Notes: generated from the sequence alone by a model not told the origin. 64,000 nucleotides of DNA from a virus (IMGVR_UViG_3300020050_015887:20501-84500); one strand, 5' to 3'. Counted from the first letter of the stretch, positions 11,028 through 20,998 are shown. Translations and numbers: made by a program.

Positions 11028-12915
11028 AGTAAGAGTAAAATTACCTTCCGGTAAAACAGGAAGTATTCCTGAAGAAAGTTTACCAGATGCCCTTAAAAAG
11101 GGTGCTGTTCGTCTTGATGAGAATACTCCCGTTGGTTCTTCTACAATGGCAATGCCACAAGAAGACTATACAACAATGGATAGCATTAAAGACGGTGCAG
11201 TTGATGCTAGCAGAGGATTAGCTCAAGGTATGACCATGGGTTTTTCTGATGAGCTTACTGCCGGAATGCGTGCTTTATTAAATAAGAAAAAAGAACAAAG
11301 TTTAAAGGATGCTTATAATGCAAATTTACAAGAAGAACGCACCGCTCTACACGAAAGCAGTGAACGTTCTCCTTGGGTTTATGGTGCAAGTGATATTGCT
11401 GGAAGCGTATTGCCTGCAATTGCTTCTGGTGGTGCTTCTTTATTGCCATTGGCAGGTAAAGAAAGTTTACGACAAGTTTTAAAACGTGGCGGAGCTAAAG
11501 CCTTAACCAGTGAATTAGGCACTATTGCTGCCGGAAGTGGTGCAGCAGGTGGTGTAGAAGCTTTGGGACGCTCAGAAGGTACCACAAACGACGCTATAGC
11601 TAAAGATGTTATGGGTGGTATTGCATTGGGTGCTGTTGCTGGTCCTACGTTTAAAGCTGGAAGCGATTTAATGGGTGTTGGAGTTCAACAGGCTAAAGGA
11701 TTGCTTGGCGGCGGAGATCCTACAAAACAAGCTCCATTCGTAGCTCAAGTAGGTAAAGCTTTTCAACAAGGTAAAGAAGGTAAAAATATTAGTGAAGCCT
11801 TAATTGACCAAGAACGTATTGGTGCTGAACAAATTGGACACGTAAAAGATATTGCTGGTCGTTTTAGAACTGCTGAAGACAAAATTGCTCAAGAAGGTAA
11901 AGACATGCTAGAAATGGCTAGTGTTGATAAAAAGAATTTTATTAATATTAGACCTGATGTTGACGAAATTGCCGCAAGCGTAGAAGGGTTAGTACGTTCT
12001 CAACCTCATTTGGGTTCATTAAAAGAAATTAAACAATTAAGAGATAGACTTAGTAAAGTATATAGCGTTGTAAGTCCTCAAGAAGCTGTTAATTTACAGA
12101 AAGACATTGCTAAAATTGCGTCTAGATCAACCAATCAAGAAGTTAAAGCTGTTGCTAATGAACTAGCCGATAGACTTGAAAAACAAGTTGATGAAGTTGT
12201 TCCTGGTTTAAAACAAACCAACCAAGCATTAAATGATTTTAAATATGCTGGTAGTGAAACTATCACTTCCAAAGGACTACCAAGAGAAATGCGTGCTAAT
12301 GTTGGTCCAGGCGTTACAGAAGAAAAACTAGGCGAATCAATTACCGACTTATTATCCAATTTACGTACACCTGGTAATAGCAAAGCTGACAGTGTTAGAA
12401 CCTTTGCTGAATTAAAGCGTCAATTAGAAATTTATAATAATAAATATCCCGGTAAATTAGAAAAACTAGGTATTGATATTGATGATTTAGAAAATGCAAT
12501 TGTTGATAAAGCGGATGAATTTGCTATTACACGTCAAGCATTGGGTTCTGAACCTAGAGGCGCTGGACTTGCACGTTCTGCAACTACTGGTTTAATTGGT
12601 AGCTTAGCTGCTGCCGGTAGAGGTAAGATTGTTGGCGCCGCTAACATTGCTGGTGGTATCACTAAAAAAGTGGCTGAGAGTGCTCCAGCTAAAACAAGTC
12701 AGTTTTTATACCAAAAGAGTGGCGACCAGTTGAGAGGCTTAGCAGATAAACTAATGAATTCTAATAACTCACAAGCACAATATGTTGCTCAATCATTGGT
12801 TAAAGCTCTAGATGATAAAAACATGATTGCAAAAAATGCTGCGTTATTTAATATTTTACAAAACCCCGAACTAAGAGACATGATTAAAGATGACTTGGGA
12901 TTATTAGAAGAATAA
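11020..12915 (+). CDS. Putative large internal virion (ejection) protein
   Basis: G/A-rich amphipathic segments (GLAQGMTMGFSDEL); ATG 11020. Confidence 0.55.
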   Translation: MNKVRVKLPSGKTGSIPEESLPDALKKGAVRLDENTPVGSSTMAMPQEDYTTMDSIKDGAVDASRGLAQGMTMGFSDELTAGMRALLNKKKEQSLKDAYNANLQEERTALHESSERSPWVYGASDIAGSVLPAIASGGASLLPLAGKESLRQVLKRGGAKALTSELGTIAAGSGAAGGVEALGRSEGTTNDAIAKDVMGGIALGAVAGPTFKAGSDLMGVGVQQAKGLLGGGDPTKQAPFVAQVGKAFQQGKEGKNISEALIDQERIGAEQIGHVKDIAGRFRTAEDKIAQEGKDMLEMASVDKKNFINIRPDVDEIAASVEGLVRSQPHLGSLKEIKQLRDRLSKVYSVVSPQEAVNLQKDIAKIASRSTNQEVKAVANELADRLEKQVDEVVPGLKQTNQALNDFKYAGSETITSKGLPREMRANVGPGVTEEKLGESITDLLSNLRTPGNSKADSVRTFAELKRQLEIYNNKYPGKLEKLGIDIDDLENAIVDKADEFAITRQALGSEPRGAGLARSATTGLIGSLAAAGRGKIVGAANIAGGITKKVAESAPAKTSQFLYQKSGDQLRGLADKLMNSNNSQAQYVAQSLVKALDDKNMIAKNAALFNILQNPELRDMIKDDLGLLEE

Positions 12916-12916
12916 T

Positions 12917-13210
12917 ATGGATATTGAAGATAAATTTACACGTATTGACAATAAACTAGATAAAATGCAAGATAATTTGCATTCTATTGATAAAACATTA
13001 GTTGCTCAACACGAGAATTTAAAACTTCATATCAAAAGAACCGATTTATTAGAAAATCACGTTCAAACTTTAGAAAAACAAATTAAACCAATTAGTGACC
13101 ACGTTTTAAAAGTTAATTTTATCTTCACTTTAATTGGCGGAATATCTATTGGTGTTGGTATTATTGTTGGTGTTACTCAAATTGTAGAATTTTTCTCTAA
13201 ACTACCCTAA
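12917..13210 (+). CDS. XhlA-like coiled-coil protein with C-terminal TM helix (possible holin)
   Basis: N-terminal heptads (IDNKLDKMQDNL), hydrophobic FIFTLIGGISIGVGIIVGV. Confidence 0.5.
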   Translation: MDIEDKFTRIDNKLDKMQDNLHSIDKTLVAQHENLKLHIKRTDLLENHVQTLEKQIKPISDHVLKVNFIFTLIGGISIGVGIIVGVTQIVEFFSKLP

Positions 13211-13561
13211 CTATTTCTTAGGTTTTTTAGATCTTCCTTTTCCCATCTTTCCCCAAATTGTATGCATATTATCATTTGTCAGGGCATCTGTATGGATGTC
13301 ATTTAAACTATCCATTTTTCCAGCTGCTTTATTACGAGAATGAATGTCTCGATTACGGGCATTGTTACGGTCTTCACAATCTTTTTTAAGAGAAGGGGTA
13401 TTGTGAATAATCTTACCACCGTGTTTAAAGTTTGCATGAATATACTCTTGTATAAATCCATGCATAAAAGCTTTTTCTTCAGGATTAAGTTTTTCTAGAT
13501 AATCAAAATCCATTTCCTCCAACCGGTTCCTCACCGGACGAGACTTTTTCTTCTTCGACAT
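13211..13561 (-). CDS. Hypothetical protein
   Basis: 116 aa, basic termini, converges on the structural operon. Confidence 0.55.
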   Translation of the reverse strand: MSKKKKSRPVRNRLEEMDFDYLEKLNPEEKAFMHGFIQEYIHANFKHGGKIIHNTPSLKKDCEDRNNARNRDIHSRNKAAGKMDSLNDIHTDALTNDNMHTIWGKMGKGRSKKPKK

Positions 13562-14144
13562 TGGTTTCCTTTAATTTAACCTCACTTGTTAGTTGTTTAA
13601 TAGCATACTCTTTTTCATTAAACTTATTAAATCGATTTTGAAAGTATAAGTCACACATATACATAACATTTTGATGCGATTCAATAGGGTCAATCCTTTT
13701 ATAAAGCTGTAATAATACATTAAATGGTGTCCAAGTTTTGCCTTGGGTGATGTTATTATCTGCTAACATCTTTTCAAATTTTTCTTGAAACACAGTGTTT
13801 TTATGACGTTTCATTTCTTTAGGCGGCGGTGCAATCTCAATAACCTTTTTGGTTAGATTGGAAATTGAAAGATTGATAGAATAGAACGGTTGTTTGTTCT
13901 TATTCTCATATGGATATAACCGATTCATTTCTGTAAAAAACTCATCTTGTTGGATTTTAGTCTTAGACCAGGCTTGGTAGATCTGGTGAAGGTATTTACC
14001 TGACACCTTATTATCACCAATTTCTAGATTAAACGTAGAAGCAAAAAGGATAATGTCGTTATTAAACACTTCCTTTTGGTCATTTTGAAGAGTAAGCTCT
14101 AATAGTTCTTCATCTGTTAGTTTGTGTGGGGATTTATCACTCAC
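13503..14144 (-). CDS. Hypothetical protein, possibly tandem winged-helix DNA-binding
   Basis: Two similar LxxxYxxW/LxxLY segments; fold is inference. Confidence 0.4.
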   Translation of the reverse strand: MSDKSPHKLTDEELLELTLQNDQKEVFNNDIILFASTFNLEIGDNKVSGKYLHQIYQAWSKTKIQQDEFFTEMNRLYPYENKNKQPFYSINLSISNLTKKVIEIAPPPKEMKRHKNTVFQEKFEKMLADNNITQGKTWTPFNVLLQLYKRIDPIESHQNVMYMCDLYFQNRFNKFNEKEYAIKQLTSEVKLKETNVEEEKVSSGEEPVGGNGF

Positions 14145-14597
14145 TTAAACTTTCTTTAAATGGTCTAAAACTTGCTGAGAGGTACCTGAGTAGCACCCCC
14201 ACTCTTTGGCACGCTTCTTGAACGTTTCTAGGCGGGTTAAATGACCTTTTGGAATGGGCTTACTGTCCCTTGATTCATATCGTTTTGTATGAGTTTCTAG
14301 GGTTTCAATAATAAACACTGGCACTACGGTTAAACCGGCTTTTTCTAGGGGTTCTTTAATTTCGCTAATGCTGAAAGGTGCTTCAGCCAATAACTTATTA
14401 TTTGTGTCAGAAGCTTTAATAATAGCTTTGACATAATCGGCATTCTGGGTTTTGGTGATGTTATTATCGTGGGCAACGTATTTAAACTTATCTTTAAGTT
14501 GGTCGCACACCCATGACTTACCACTACCGGGAATACCACAAACTAGGTAAACAGTTGCTTTAGGTGTTTTTTTAAACACCTTAATAAAATTAGACAT
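14145..14597 (-). CDS. P-loop (AAA_33-like) nucleotide/polynucleotide kinase
   Basis: VYLVCGIPGSGKS Walker A at the N-terminus; ATG 14597. Confidence 0.7.
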   Translation of the reverse strand: MSNFIKVFKKTPKATVYLVCGIPGSGKSWVCDQLKDKFKYVAHDNNITKTQNADYVKAIIKASDTNNKLLAEAPFSISEIKEPLEKAGLTVVPVFIIETLETHTKRYESRDSKPIPKGHLTRLETFKKRAKEWGCYSGTSQQVLDHLKKV

Positions 14598-15108
14598 TAA
14601 TATGTTTCCATGTTTTATTAGTAATAATGCGCGCAATTGTTGTTTTGTGAACATTATATATATTTGCAATTTTTTGATAACTTAACTGGTTATTTTTATA
14701 TAGATTTTTAATATTTAAAATATCTTTATTTAAAAAATTAGTTAAGGAATGATTTTCTCCGTAATTTTTCATTAGTCCAATTTTAAAGGCGTGTTGTGTA
14801 TTTTTTTTAGAAGAACACCATTCTAAATTTGTTACTTTGTTATTTTGTTTATTACCATCTATATGATTTACGGTTAAACTTAAATCATCATTTGAAATAA
14901 ATGTTAAAGCGACAAGCCTATGTATAGTTTTAGTTTGTCTTTTATTGTGACCATATAGTGTAACAATTGGATAATGGTACGAATCAAACCCCGGTTTTAA
15001 AATTCGTTTTTGTTTTTTACCTTTTCTAAATAAAGAAATAATTCTTCCGTGATTTGATATTAAATATCGATCTTCATATCCTTTAAGTTTTTTCCAAATT
15101 TCTTTCAT
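14590..15108 (-). mobile_element. NUMOD4-HNH homing endonuclease gene
   Basis: EIWKKLKGYEDRYLISNHGRI (NUMOD4); VNHIDGNKQNNKVTNLEW (HNH); C-terminal HTH. Confidence 0.9.
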
Positions 15109-15482
15109 TTATTTACAGCTTTAAATACTAAAATAGTTGAAATTGTTCCTAGCGCAAACCAAGCAAACCGTTCGACGTTACTCATACTTTGAGCACTAGA
15201 CAATGATTTTGCCAAACTATCCGTGTGCTCAAGCAAAATTTTAGTCTTTGATTGTTCTATTGTATACAAATCTTGCATAGAAGTCAAGGATTTTTTATAT
15301 GATTCGTTTAATTTTTGTTCAGTTTCTAAATCGATAAGTTTGTTTCTGATTTCTTTTGTCTTGTCAATGCTAAACACCCATGAATCTTGGGGTAGTACGT
15401 GGCCTTTCTGGGCCAGATATGGGTCTGTTTCTGCTAACAGTAGGGAAGGGATTAATAATAATAATAAAATTAATTTATTCAT
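15105..15482 (-). CDS. Signal peptide + coiled coil + C-terminal TM (possible spanin-like)
   Basis: MNKLILLLLLIPSLLLA; FAWFALGTISTILVF. Confidence 0.45.
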   Translation of the reverse strand: MNKLILLLLLIPSLLLAETDPYLAQKGHVLPQDSWVFSIDKTKEIRNKLIDLETEQKLNESYKKSLTSMQDLYTIEQSKTKILLEHTDSLAKSLSSAQSMSNVERFAWFALGTISTILVFKAVNK

Positions 15483-15727
15483 TTCATTTTCCTTTTTCGT
15501 CTTTCTCTTAATTTTTTAGACCGATAGATACCCAATGCAATAGACGTGTACATCATTCGACGTAACTCAAGAGATTTTAGTGTTGTGCGAATTTTATTAA
15601 ATTTTGTATAATAAAACAATCTTACAAATAAAGGAAAATTTTTAAGTTTATTTAATAACATTTTATGTCGTCTATCAAATTGTAAGGCTTTATTAATAAA
15701 TTTATTATATAAATCTTTCTCGTTCAT
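15479..15727 (-). CDS. Hypothetical basic protein
   Basis: ATGA-coupled to neighbours. Confidence 0.5.
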   Translation of the reverse strand: MNEKDLYNKFINKALQFDRRHKMLLNKLKNFPLFVRLFYYTKFNKIRTTLKSLELRRMMYTSIALGIYRSKKLRERRKRKMK

Positions 15728-15945
15728 ACCTTCTTATATAATTTAGATACTTGTTGAATTTCTGGGGTTACACCACTTGATGCTTCAAACACCGTTACGG
15801 TGGTAAGTTTACCGTTAACACCGGCAAACAATAGATTAATTTTGCTATTATTAAAAGCGTCTTTATGAATTTCAATATCAAAACCTTCAAGAGTAGAAGG
15901 CACTTGTTCAATGGCTAGTTTAATATCTGCTAGTTTTACTCTCAT
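15724..15945 (-). CDS. Hypothetical protein
   Basis: 73 aa, ATGA overlap. Confidence 0.55.
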   Translation of the reverse strand: MRVKLADIKLAIEQVPSTLEGFDIEIHKDAFNNSKINLLFAGVNGKLTTVTVFEASSGVTPEIQQVSKLYKKV

Positions 15946-15954
15946 TGTAATGCT

Positions 15955-16206
15955 TTATTTAAAGTCTTCGGGCTTAACGTCTTGTTGTTTGCGGTTAAAC
16001 GCCTGTTCAGATTCATATGTACGAATAAGTTCTTCTACAGCAAGCGTCTGTTGAGATTTAATCTTTTCCTGGTCTAGAGTTAAAAGTTTTTCTTTAGTAG
16101 CTTGATTGGTTAATAACGCTTCTGCGGTTTTACGTTTACCATTAATAAACCACAATCCACCAGTTAATAATACAACCAATCCACCTAATGCTGTTAATAA
16201 ATCCAT
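15955..16206 (-). CDS. N-terminal TM + coiled coil (possible i-spanin-like)
   Basis: LLTALGGLVVLLTGGLWF anchor then heptads. Confidence 0.45.
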   Translation of the reverse strand: MDLLTALGGLVVLLTGGLWFINGKRKTAEALLTNQATKEKLLTLDQEKIKSQQTLAVEELIRTYESEQAFNRKQQDVKPEDFK

Positions 16207-16360
16207 TAAAATCTTTCTTTTTCAGAAGCCGTTACACAATAAACTTCTTTGGTATTATAAAAGTTTTTATTATTTTCTATAATAATTTGTTTAAATTTTA
16301 AACATTCTTCTTTTGAATCAACCGGGGTATAAACAACGTTACCGTTTAATGATACCATTA

Positions 16361-16519
16361 CTAGTAATAAAAAAACCATTATCGCTTTCTTTTTTGTTTC
16401 TTTTTCTTTGGTTTTTTAAATATAATATTTCTTTCTTCTTTACAAAAAGAACAAAGTCTAGCCTCTGAACCATGAGGAGTATCACACGTACATCCTGTAT
16501 TGTCTGGGTACCAGCCCAT
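16361..16519 (-). CDS. 52-aa Cys-containing basic protein (not in ORF track)
   Basis: AGGAG SD; MGWYPDNTGCTCDTPHGSEARLCSFCKEER...KKKKQKRKRYGFFYY. Confidence 0.55.
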
Positions 16520-16593
16520 TATTTTCTCCTTTTAGATTTAGCTTTTTTAAAATCTATTACGTTACCTTTGTACGTAGGTTTAGAATTAATTAT

Positions 16594-16622
16594 ATTATAC
16601 ACGCATACACCAAAAAAAGCAA
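16594..16622 (-). promoter_or_regulatory. sigma70-type promoter
   Basis: TTGCTT-17-TATAAT on - strand. Confidence 0.6.
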
Positions 16623-16657
16623 CAAAAAAGATTATAATAAGGTCACTATAGCCCATA

Positions 16658-16948
16658 TTATTCTTTCTTTTCTTCTACGGTTACGTCTGTGGTTTTACCC
16701 TTAACCCCAACACGGCGTGACCAATACAAGCTAGCGCACACACCAAATAATACAATAGATTGGTCTAAATCAATACCACCTAGATAACCAGAAATTTTAC
16801 CAATTAACCCAATAACAACAATATTAAAGCTAATAAATGTTAATGTTAAAGAAACGCTAGGTAATTGAGATAACGGATCTTTTAGAACGGGCAAGGGAAA
16901 TCCCTTACTGTTTAATTTTTCTAGCAAGTCTTTTAGTTGCTCTAGCAT
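16658..16948 (-). CDS. Two-TM membrane protein (possible holin)
   Basis: Two hydrophobic helices, charged C-terminus. Confidence 0.5.
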   Translation of the reverse strand: MLEQLKDLLEKLNSKGFPLPVLKDPLSQLPSVSLTLTFISFNIVVIGLIGKISGYLGGIDLDQSIVLFGVCASLYWSRRVGVKGKTTDVTVEEKKE

Positions 16949-17399
16949 TTTTCTTTCCTTTAGTTTTCTTTTCTAATCTTTGTAATTGTTCTTCTGTAAA
17001 TTGTTTTGATTGTCGTCTTTGTTCTTGTTCTCTTTTTGTTTTTTCAGCATGACAAGGTTCTTCACAAATAACCGACCATCCACCTTCGTATGGTAAAGCC
17101 CTATCTAAATACTCATTCCAATCCATTCTGGTCGGGTCTTCTTTTCTTTTTAACTGCCTATTAGTTGGAATAATTGGTTCTTGATGATCCAAATTCATTT
17201 GAGAATCCGGTTTAATAACGCCGCAAATTGCACATTTGCTATGCCAAGCCAACCTACCACTTTTAGGATTAATACGTCTGTCTACTCTAGCTGCCTTTTT
17301 AGCATCGTTAGCCGCAGGCCATTTAATAGTGATACGACGTATTTGATTGCGCAACCAATCGTCTCTACGTTGATCTGGAGTTTTTGGAATTCTTTTCAT
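16905..17399 (-). CDS. HNH-family endonuclease with Zn-binding motif
   Basis: KCAICG...LDHQEP...VICEEPCHAEKT. Confidence 0.7.
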   Translation of the reverse strand: MKRIPKTPDQRRDDWLRNQIRRITIKWPAANDAKKAARVDRRINPKSGRLAWHSKCAICGVIKPDSQMNLDHQEPIIPTNRQLKRKEDPTRMDWNEYLDRALPYEGGWSVICEEPCHAEKTKREQEQRRQSKQFTEEQLQRLEKKTKGKKNARATKRLARKIKQ

Positions 17400-17487
17400 A
17401 CATATATAAATGTTAATTTATGTATAAAAAAAAATAAAACCTCTTAAATTTTAATAGTTTAAGGGGTAAATTACAAATTATTATTGG

Positions 17488-17712
17488 TTAATTGTCTATT
17501 AACTTATTAACTGTGTTATTAATTTTTTCTTTCACCCATTCATCGTAATTTATAAAATAAATCATATCCGTTGGAACCATACTACTTATACTGATTTCAA
17601 TGTTCTGAAATTCAAATTCGGCTTTTATTTTTTCTGCATTAACAGGAGCCACCATAATATGAGGACGCATATTTGGTGTAGCAATTGGAATTATAATACA
17701 TTTATTCATCAA
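17488..17712 (-). CDS. C-terminal-tag family small protein
   Basis: Ends KINNTVNKLIDN. Confidence 0.65.
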   Translation of the reverse strand: MMNKCIIIPIATPNMRPHIMVAPVNAEKIKAEFEFQNIEISISSMVPTDMIYFINYDEWVKEKINNTVNKLIDN

Positions 17713-17902
17713 TTAACTTATTAACATTAGTGTTGATTGTATGTTTTAGCATTTCTTCTTCATACCATTCATTAAACACCGTCCAAAACCCGCTTTTTGG
17801 TGGTGTACTATAAACTACAATTTGACCAGCACTATTAGACATTGTTTCTTGTGTGATGGTTGTTCCACTATCTATAATATAATATGGTGGTTGTTGTTTC
17901 AT
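17702..17902 (-). CDS. C-terminal-tag family small protein
   Basis: Ends TINTNVNKLIDE. Confidence 0.65.
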   Translation of the reverse strand: MKQQPPYYIIDSGTTITQETMSNSAGQIVVYSTPPKSGFWTVFNEWYEEEMLKHTINTNVNKLIDE

Positions 17903-18198
17903 TTTTCTTCTTTAGTTTTTGTTCGATTATCGCAACCTTCATTTGTACATTTTCTAAAATAACGATTACCCAAAGATACCTTTTCCATATTTCCAACGTG
18001 ACAAACGTAACATATTTTTTTAGCAATCTTTTTAGCTGATACAACCGCTTCCTTTTCCTTATCGTCAAATAAAAACTTATTATATCCTTTGTTAAGTTTT
18101 CTAATGCTAGCAGTTAAACCTTTAATATGGTTTTTAAGTTCTCTATTTTCTCTTTCTAAACGGTCAATGATTTTATCTTCCCGTTCGTATTTTTTCAT
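17899..18198 (-). CDS. Coiled coil + Zn-ribbon protein
   Basis: CYVC...CTNEGC. Confidence 0.6.
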   Translation of the reverse strand: MKKYEREDKIIDRLERENRELKNHIKGLTASIRKLNKGYNKFLFDDKEKEAVVSAKKIAKKICYVCHVGNMEKVSLGNRYFRKCTNEGCDNRTKTKEEK

Positions 18199-18653
18199 AA
18201 GCCACTACTTCCAAACCCCTTGCTACCACGTTCACTACTCCATAATTCTTCTACTTCTACAATAGGCGGTGTCTCACATTTGTATACAATAAGCTGTGCA
18301 ATACGATCGCCTTTATTAACTTTGTATCCAAGTTTACCTAAACTAAACACATTGTCATATTGTGATTCATTATTAAGATTGTGTAACACTACCCCAATTT
18401 CACCAGTAAACTTAGCATCAATAACTCCAGCACCACTACGCAGCCCTTTCAAAGCCATACTGCTTCTATCACCAATAATACCCACATACCCATCTTCAAT
18501 GTGAATAGCTACACCGGTAGGGATTAAACGAGTTTCACCCAATGGAATAAACATATCTACTAAGCTATAAAGATCGACCCCTGCATCAAAACTGTGATTG
18601 CGTGTAGGCAATGTTGCATATTTATTAATTTTATAAACTTCAATTTTATTCAT
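18195..18653 (-). CDS. dut: Trimeric dUTPase
   Basis: AGVDL, DRSSMA, AGVIDAKFTGEI, RIAQL, ERGSKGFGSSG motifs. Confidence 0.95.
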   Translation of the reverse strand: MNKIEVYKINKYATLPTRNHSFDAGVDLYSLVDMFIPLGETRLIPTGVAIHIEDGYVGIIGDRSSMALKGLRSGAGVIDAKFTGEIGVVLHNLNNESQYDNVFSLGKLGYKVNKGDRIAQLIVYKCETPPIVEVEELWSSERGSKGFGSSGL

Positions 18654-18892
18654 GCTAACACCTTCTCAATATTTTCTTCTACTTCTTTAACAATGGCTGG
18701 TTCAAATCTATTACTTTGAAACCAATGCTCATCACCATAATACAAAAGTTTAAGACCAATTTTATACTCATCACCAGTTGAACTTATCTCATAAACAGGG
18801 TATACTTGACCTGGTTCTAAAAATAAACCTTCATGGTCGTGTTTACATCGAACATAAAATAAAACATCTTTATTGTTTTTTGTATCTGTCAT
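18650..18892 (-). CDS. C-terminal-tag family protein, SH3-like body
   Basis: VRC...LEPGQVYPV; ends VEENIEKVLA. Confidence 0.65.
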   Translation of the reverse strand: MTDTKNNKDVLFYVRCKHDHEGLFLEPGQVYPVYEISSTGDEYKIGLKLLYYGDEHWFQSNRFEPAIVKEVEENIEKVLA

Positions 18893-19226
18893 CTTGAGTT
18901 TTATCCCGAATAACGTTTTCTAGTGCCATTAATAAATTAGCTACGGCACAAGCCAAGTGATGCACTGGGCGACCTAGCATTTCCGAACTTTCTTTATCGT
19001 AATCTTCTCCAGCCATAAATTGAAAGATATGTCTTAATGCGCCACCAACGCAACGAGTTGCACTAAGTCCTTGCATGAAATTAAAAGCACCGTATTTGTT
19101 TTTACCAACAAGAAACGGATATCCAACTTCCAACATTGCTAAAGGGGGAAGATAAGCCATAGCTGGTTTTTTATCATCAAACTTCACACCTTTTTTATGC
19201 TTAGTTTTTTTGTTATTCTTTTTCAT
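18870..19226 (-). CDS. dATP/dGTP diphosphohydrolase-like protein (DUF5664 type)
   Basis: GVKFDDKKP...GKNKYGAFNF...ALRH...YDKES...HHLACAVANL. Confidence 0.8.
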   Translation of the reverse strand: MKKNNKKTKHKKGVKFDDKKPAMAYLPPLAMLEVGYPFLVGKNKYGAFNFMQGLSATRCVGGALRHIFQFMAGEDYDKESSEMLGRPVHHLACAVANLLMALENVIRDKTQDDRYKKQ

Positions 19227-19440
19227 TTAATAATCCTTCAATGCATTGTTCAACGTCGTGTTCCATTTTTACTTTAAAGCGTGTTTGTAACCAATCACCA
19301 AATGTGTGTTCAAGTTCGTAATAAGTATCACCAACAATGTTTACAGTGTAAATTTTATCAACAACTAATACACCTTTAGCACCATGGTCATTATTAATAC
19401 AAATGACTTCAAAGGGTGGTTTCATTTTACTTGTCGCCAA
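19213..19440 (-). CDS. C-terminal-tag family protein, SH3-like body
   Basis: VICI...LVVDKIYTV; ends VEQCIEGLLNEKE. Confidence 0.65.
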   Translation of the reverse strand: MATSKMKPPFEVICINNDHGAKGVLVVDKIYTVNIVGDTYYELEHTFGDWLQTRFKVKMEHDVEQCIEGLLNEKE

Positions 19441-20185
19441 GATTTACAATATTACGTTTTTTATTTGGTTCTTTTTTAGCGGCTTTACTGTAAGCTTTAC
19501 AATCCATACAACGGTATTTACGAAATACAGATCGTTCCGTTCTGATAATGCCACAAGATTTAAGATGTTCGCCGCCACAAACAGGACAATTATCCGGTTT
19601 ATCAAAATCATTAACATTGGGATGAGTTTTCATCCAAGGACGAATATGTTTATAAACACCTTCCAACAAGAACACATCGTGACGATTATAACGCTCCATA
19701 TCTTTCCAAGACTGTGCGTCGTTTTTCATACAACCAAGCCACATATCATAGCCAGGATGTTTTAATTTACTTCCAACTTTAAAATATTTAGCTAAAGCGT
19801 CTAATGAATTACTATTAAATCCAAAATATTTTCTAGCTTCAAGTTTGGTGTCTAAAATTTTAAATGGACTAGGTGGTGGAAGATTGTGTACTGCAATTCT
19901 AGCGTTTACTTTTTTAATATCAAAACTTTTTCCGTTATGAGCTAAAATAATATCGGCTTCATCAAACAACTTCCATAACTTTTCAACTAATTTTTTATCA
20001 TTTGATTTTTGATAATTAGCTTGACGAATAAATTTAATATCTTTATCACCAAACCATTTATATGAAGCGGATAAAATTTCCCATTCACGTTCTACGTGGT
20101 GAACATTGGTTTCCCAAATTTTCCAAGTATGACCAACAGTTGCAGAAGTTTCGATGTCAAAGATTAAAATTTTCTGTTTCAACAC
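19427..20185 (-). CDS. DEDD / RNase H-like 3'-5' exonuclease with C-terminal Zn ribbon
   Basis: IFDIETS, LAHNGKSFD, YNRHDV; CPVC...CMDC. Confidence 0.85.
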   Translation of the reverse strand: MLKQKILIFDIETSATVGHTWKIWETNVHHVEREWEILSASYKWFGDKDIKFIRQANYQKSNDKKLVEKLWKLFDEADIILAHNGKSFDIKKVNARIAVHNLPPPSPFKILDTKLEARKYFGFNSNSLDALAKYFKVGSKLKHPGYDMWLGCMKNDAQSWKDMERYNRHDVFLLEGVYKHIRPWMKTHPNVNDFDKPDNCPVCGGEHLKSCGIIRTERSVFRKYRCMDCKAYSKAAKKEPNKKRNIVNLGDK

Positions 20186-20195
20186 TATCCTTTAA

Positions 20196-20567
20196 TTAGT
20201 CCCAAAGTTCAATTTGGGTTTTCTTTAATACCTTAACAAACCGCTGTAATATCTTAACCTGCATTGCAAAATGTTCATATCCATGATCAAAACAATTTGG
20301 GTGAATATGAGCCAATTCGTGTGCTAAAGTATCTAACAACAAACCTTTATACTCTTCTTTATACTTTTCTTTTTCTTTACTATAATTATGTGTTTTAATA
20401 GTGATTAAAAACTTACCGTTTTTATAATGAGTACAACCTTCTGTTTGAACTTCTTTACTGGGAATTTGTTTATAACCTTTAATTTTAGTTATTTTAGATA
20501 GGTCTATTAATCCCTCAGTTGCTTCTACAAAAGGAAGCATCCATTGTAATTCATTACTAATCTTCAC
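20196..20567 (-). CDS. HExxH Zn-metallopeptidase-like protein
   Basis: TLAHELAHIH...DHGYEHF. Confidence 0.65.
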   Translation of the reverse strand: MKISNELQWMLPFVEATEGLIDLSKITKIKGYKQIPSKEVQTEGCTHYKNGKFLITIKTHNYSKEKEKYKEEYKGLLLDTLAHELAHIHPNCFDHGYEHFAMQVKILQRFVKVLKKTQIELWD

Positions 20568-20790
20568 TTTTAATTTCTTTTTCTATCTTCTTAAGGTAAA
20601 TGTTAAGATAAACCTTATTTTCCATTATAGAAGATATTGTGTTTTTTACAGGGACGTATTTCTTATATTCGTTTAATTGTAAGAGTGCATTATATAAGAT
20701 TTTATCTAAAGCTTTAAGGTCTTTAGCAATGGCTTTATATTTTTTATTCTTCTTATAAGAATCTAAGTCTAACGGTTTAAGGAGTGCCAT
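20557..20790 (-). CDS. Hypothetical protein
   Basis: 77 aa, overlaps neighbours. Confidence 0.5.
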   Translation of the reverse strand: MALLKPLDLDSYKKNKKYKAIAKDLKALDKILYNALLQLNEYKKYVPVKNTISSIMENKVYLNIYLKKIEKEIKSED

Positions 20791-20998
20791 CCGTCATTTC
20801 TTTTTTGTATTTGTCAAGTAAATCACGGTTGATAATCTTTTTTACAATACTGTTCCATGGAGTAAACTGAATATATTCACAGGTGTTAGGTGCATAATAC
20901 ACCAACATTGTTCCATATCCAAACCCAACAAACCTACCAATTTTTTCAATAAAACCACTGTCACCAGTCGCATAAAATTTAGGATTAGCGTTCTTCAT
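20777..20998 (-). CDS. Hypothetical protein
   Basis: 73 aa in operon. Confidence 0.5.
   Translation of the reverse strand: MKNANPKFYATGDSGFIEKIGRFVGFGYGTMLVYYAPNTCEYIQFTPWNSIVKKIINRDLLDKYKKEMTDGTP

Noticed and set aside
191-12383. Antisense and alternate-frame ORFs over the virion genes (191-442, 1705-1965, 4522-4707, 5251-5508, 5812-6081, 8440-8673, 8967-9367, 9144-9353, 9692-10557, 11255-11585, 12135-12383)
   Set aside because: Shadows of long, well-formed genes; no start signals or motifs.
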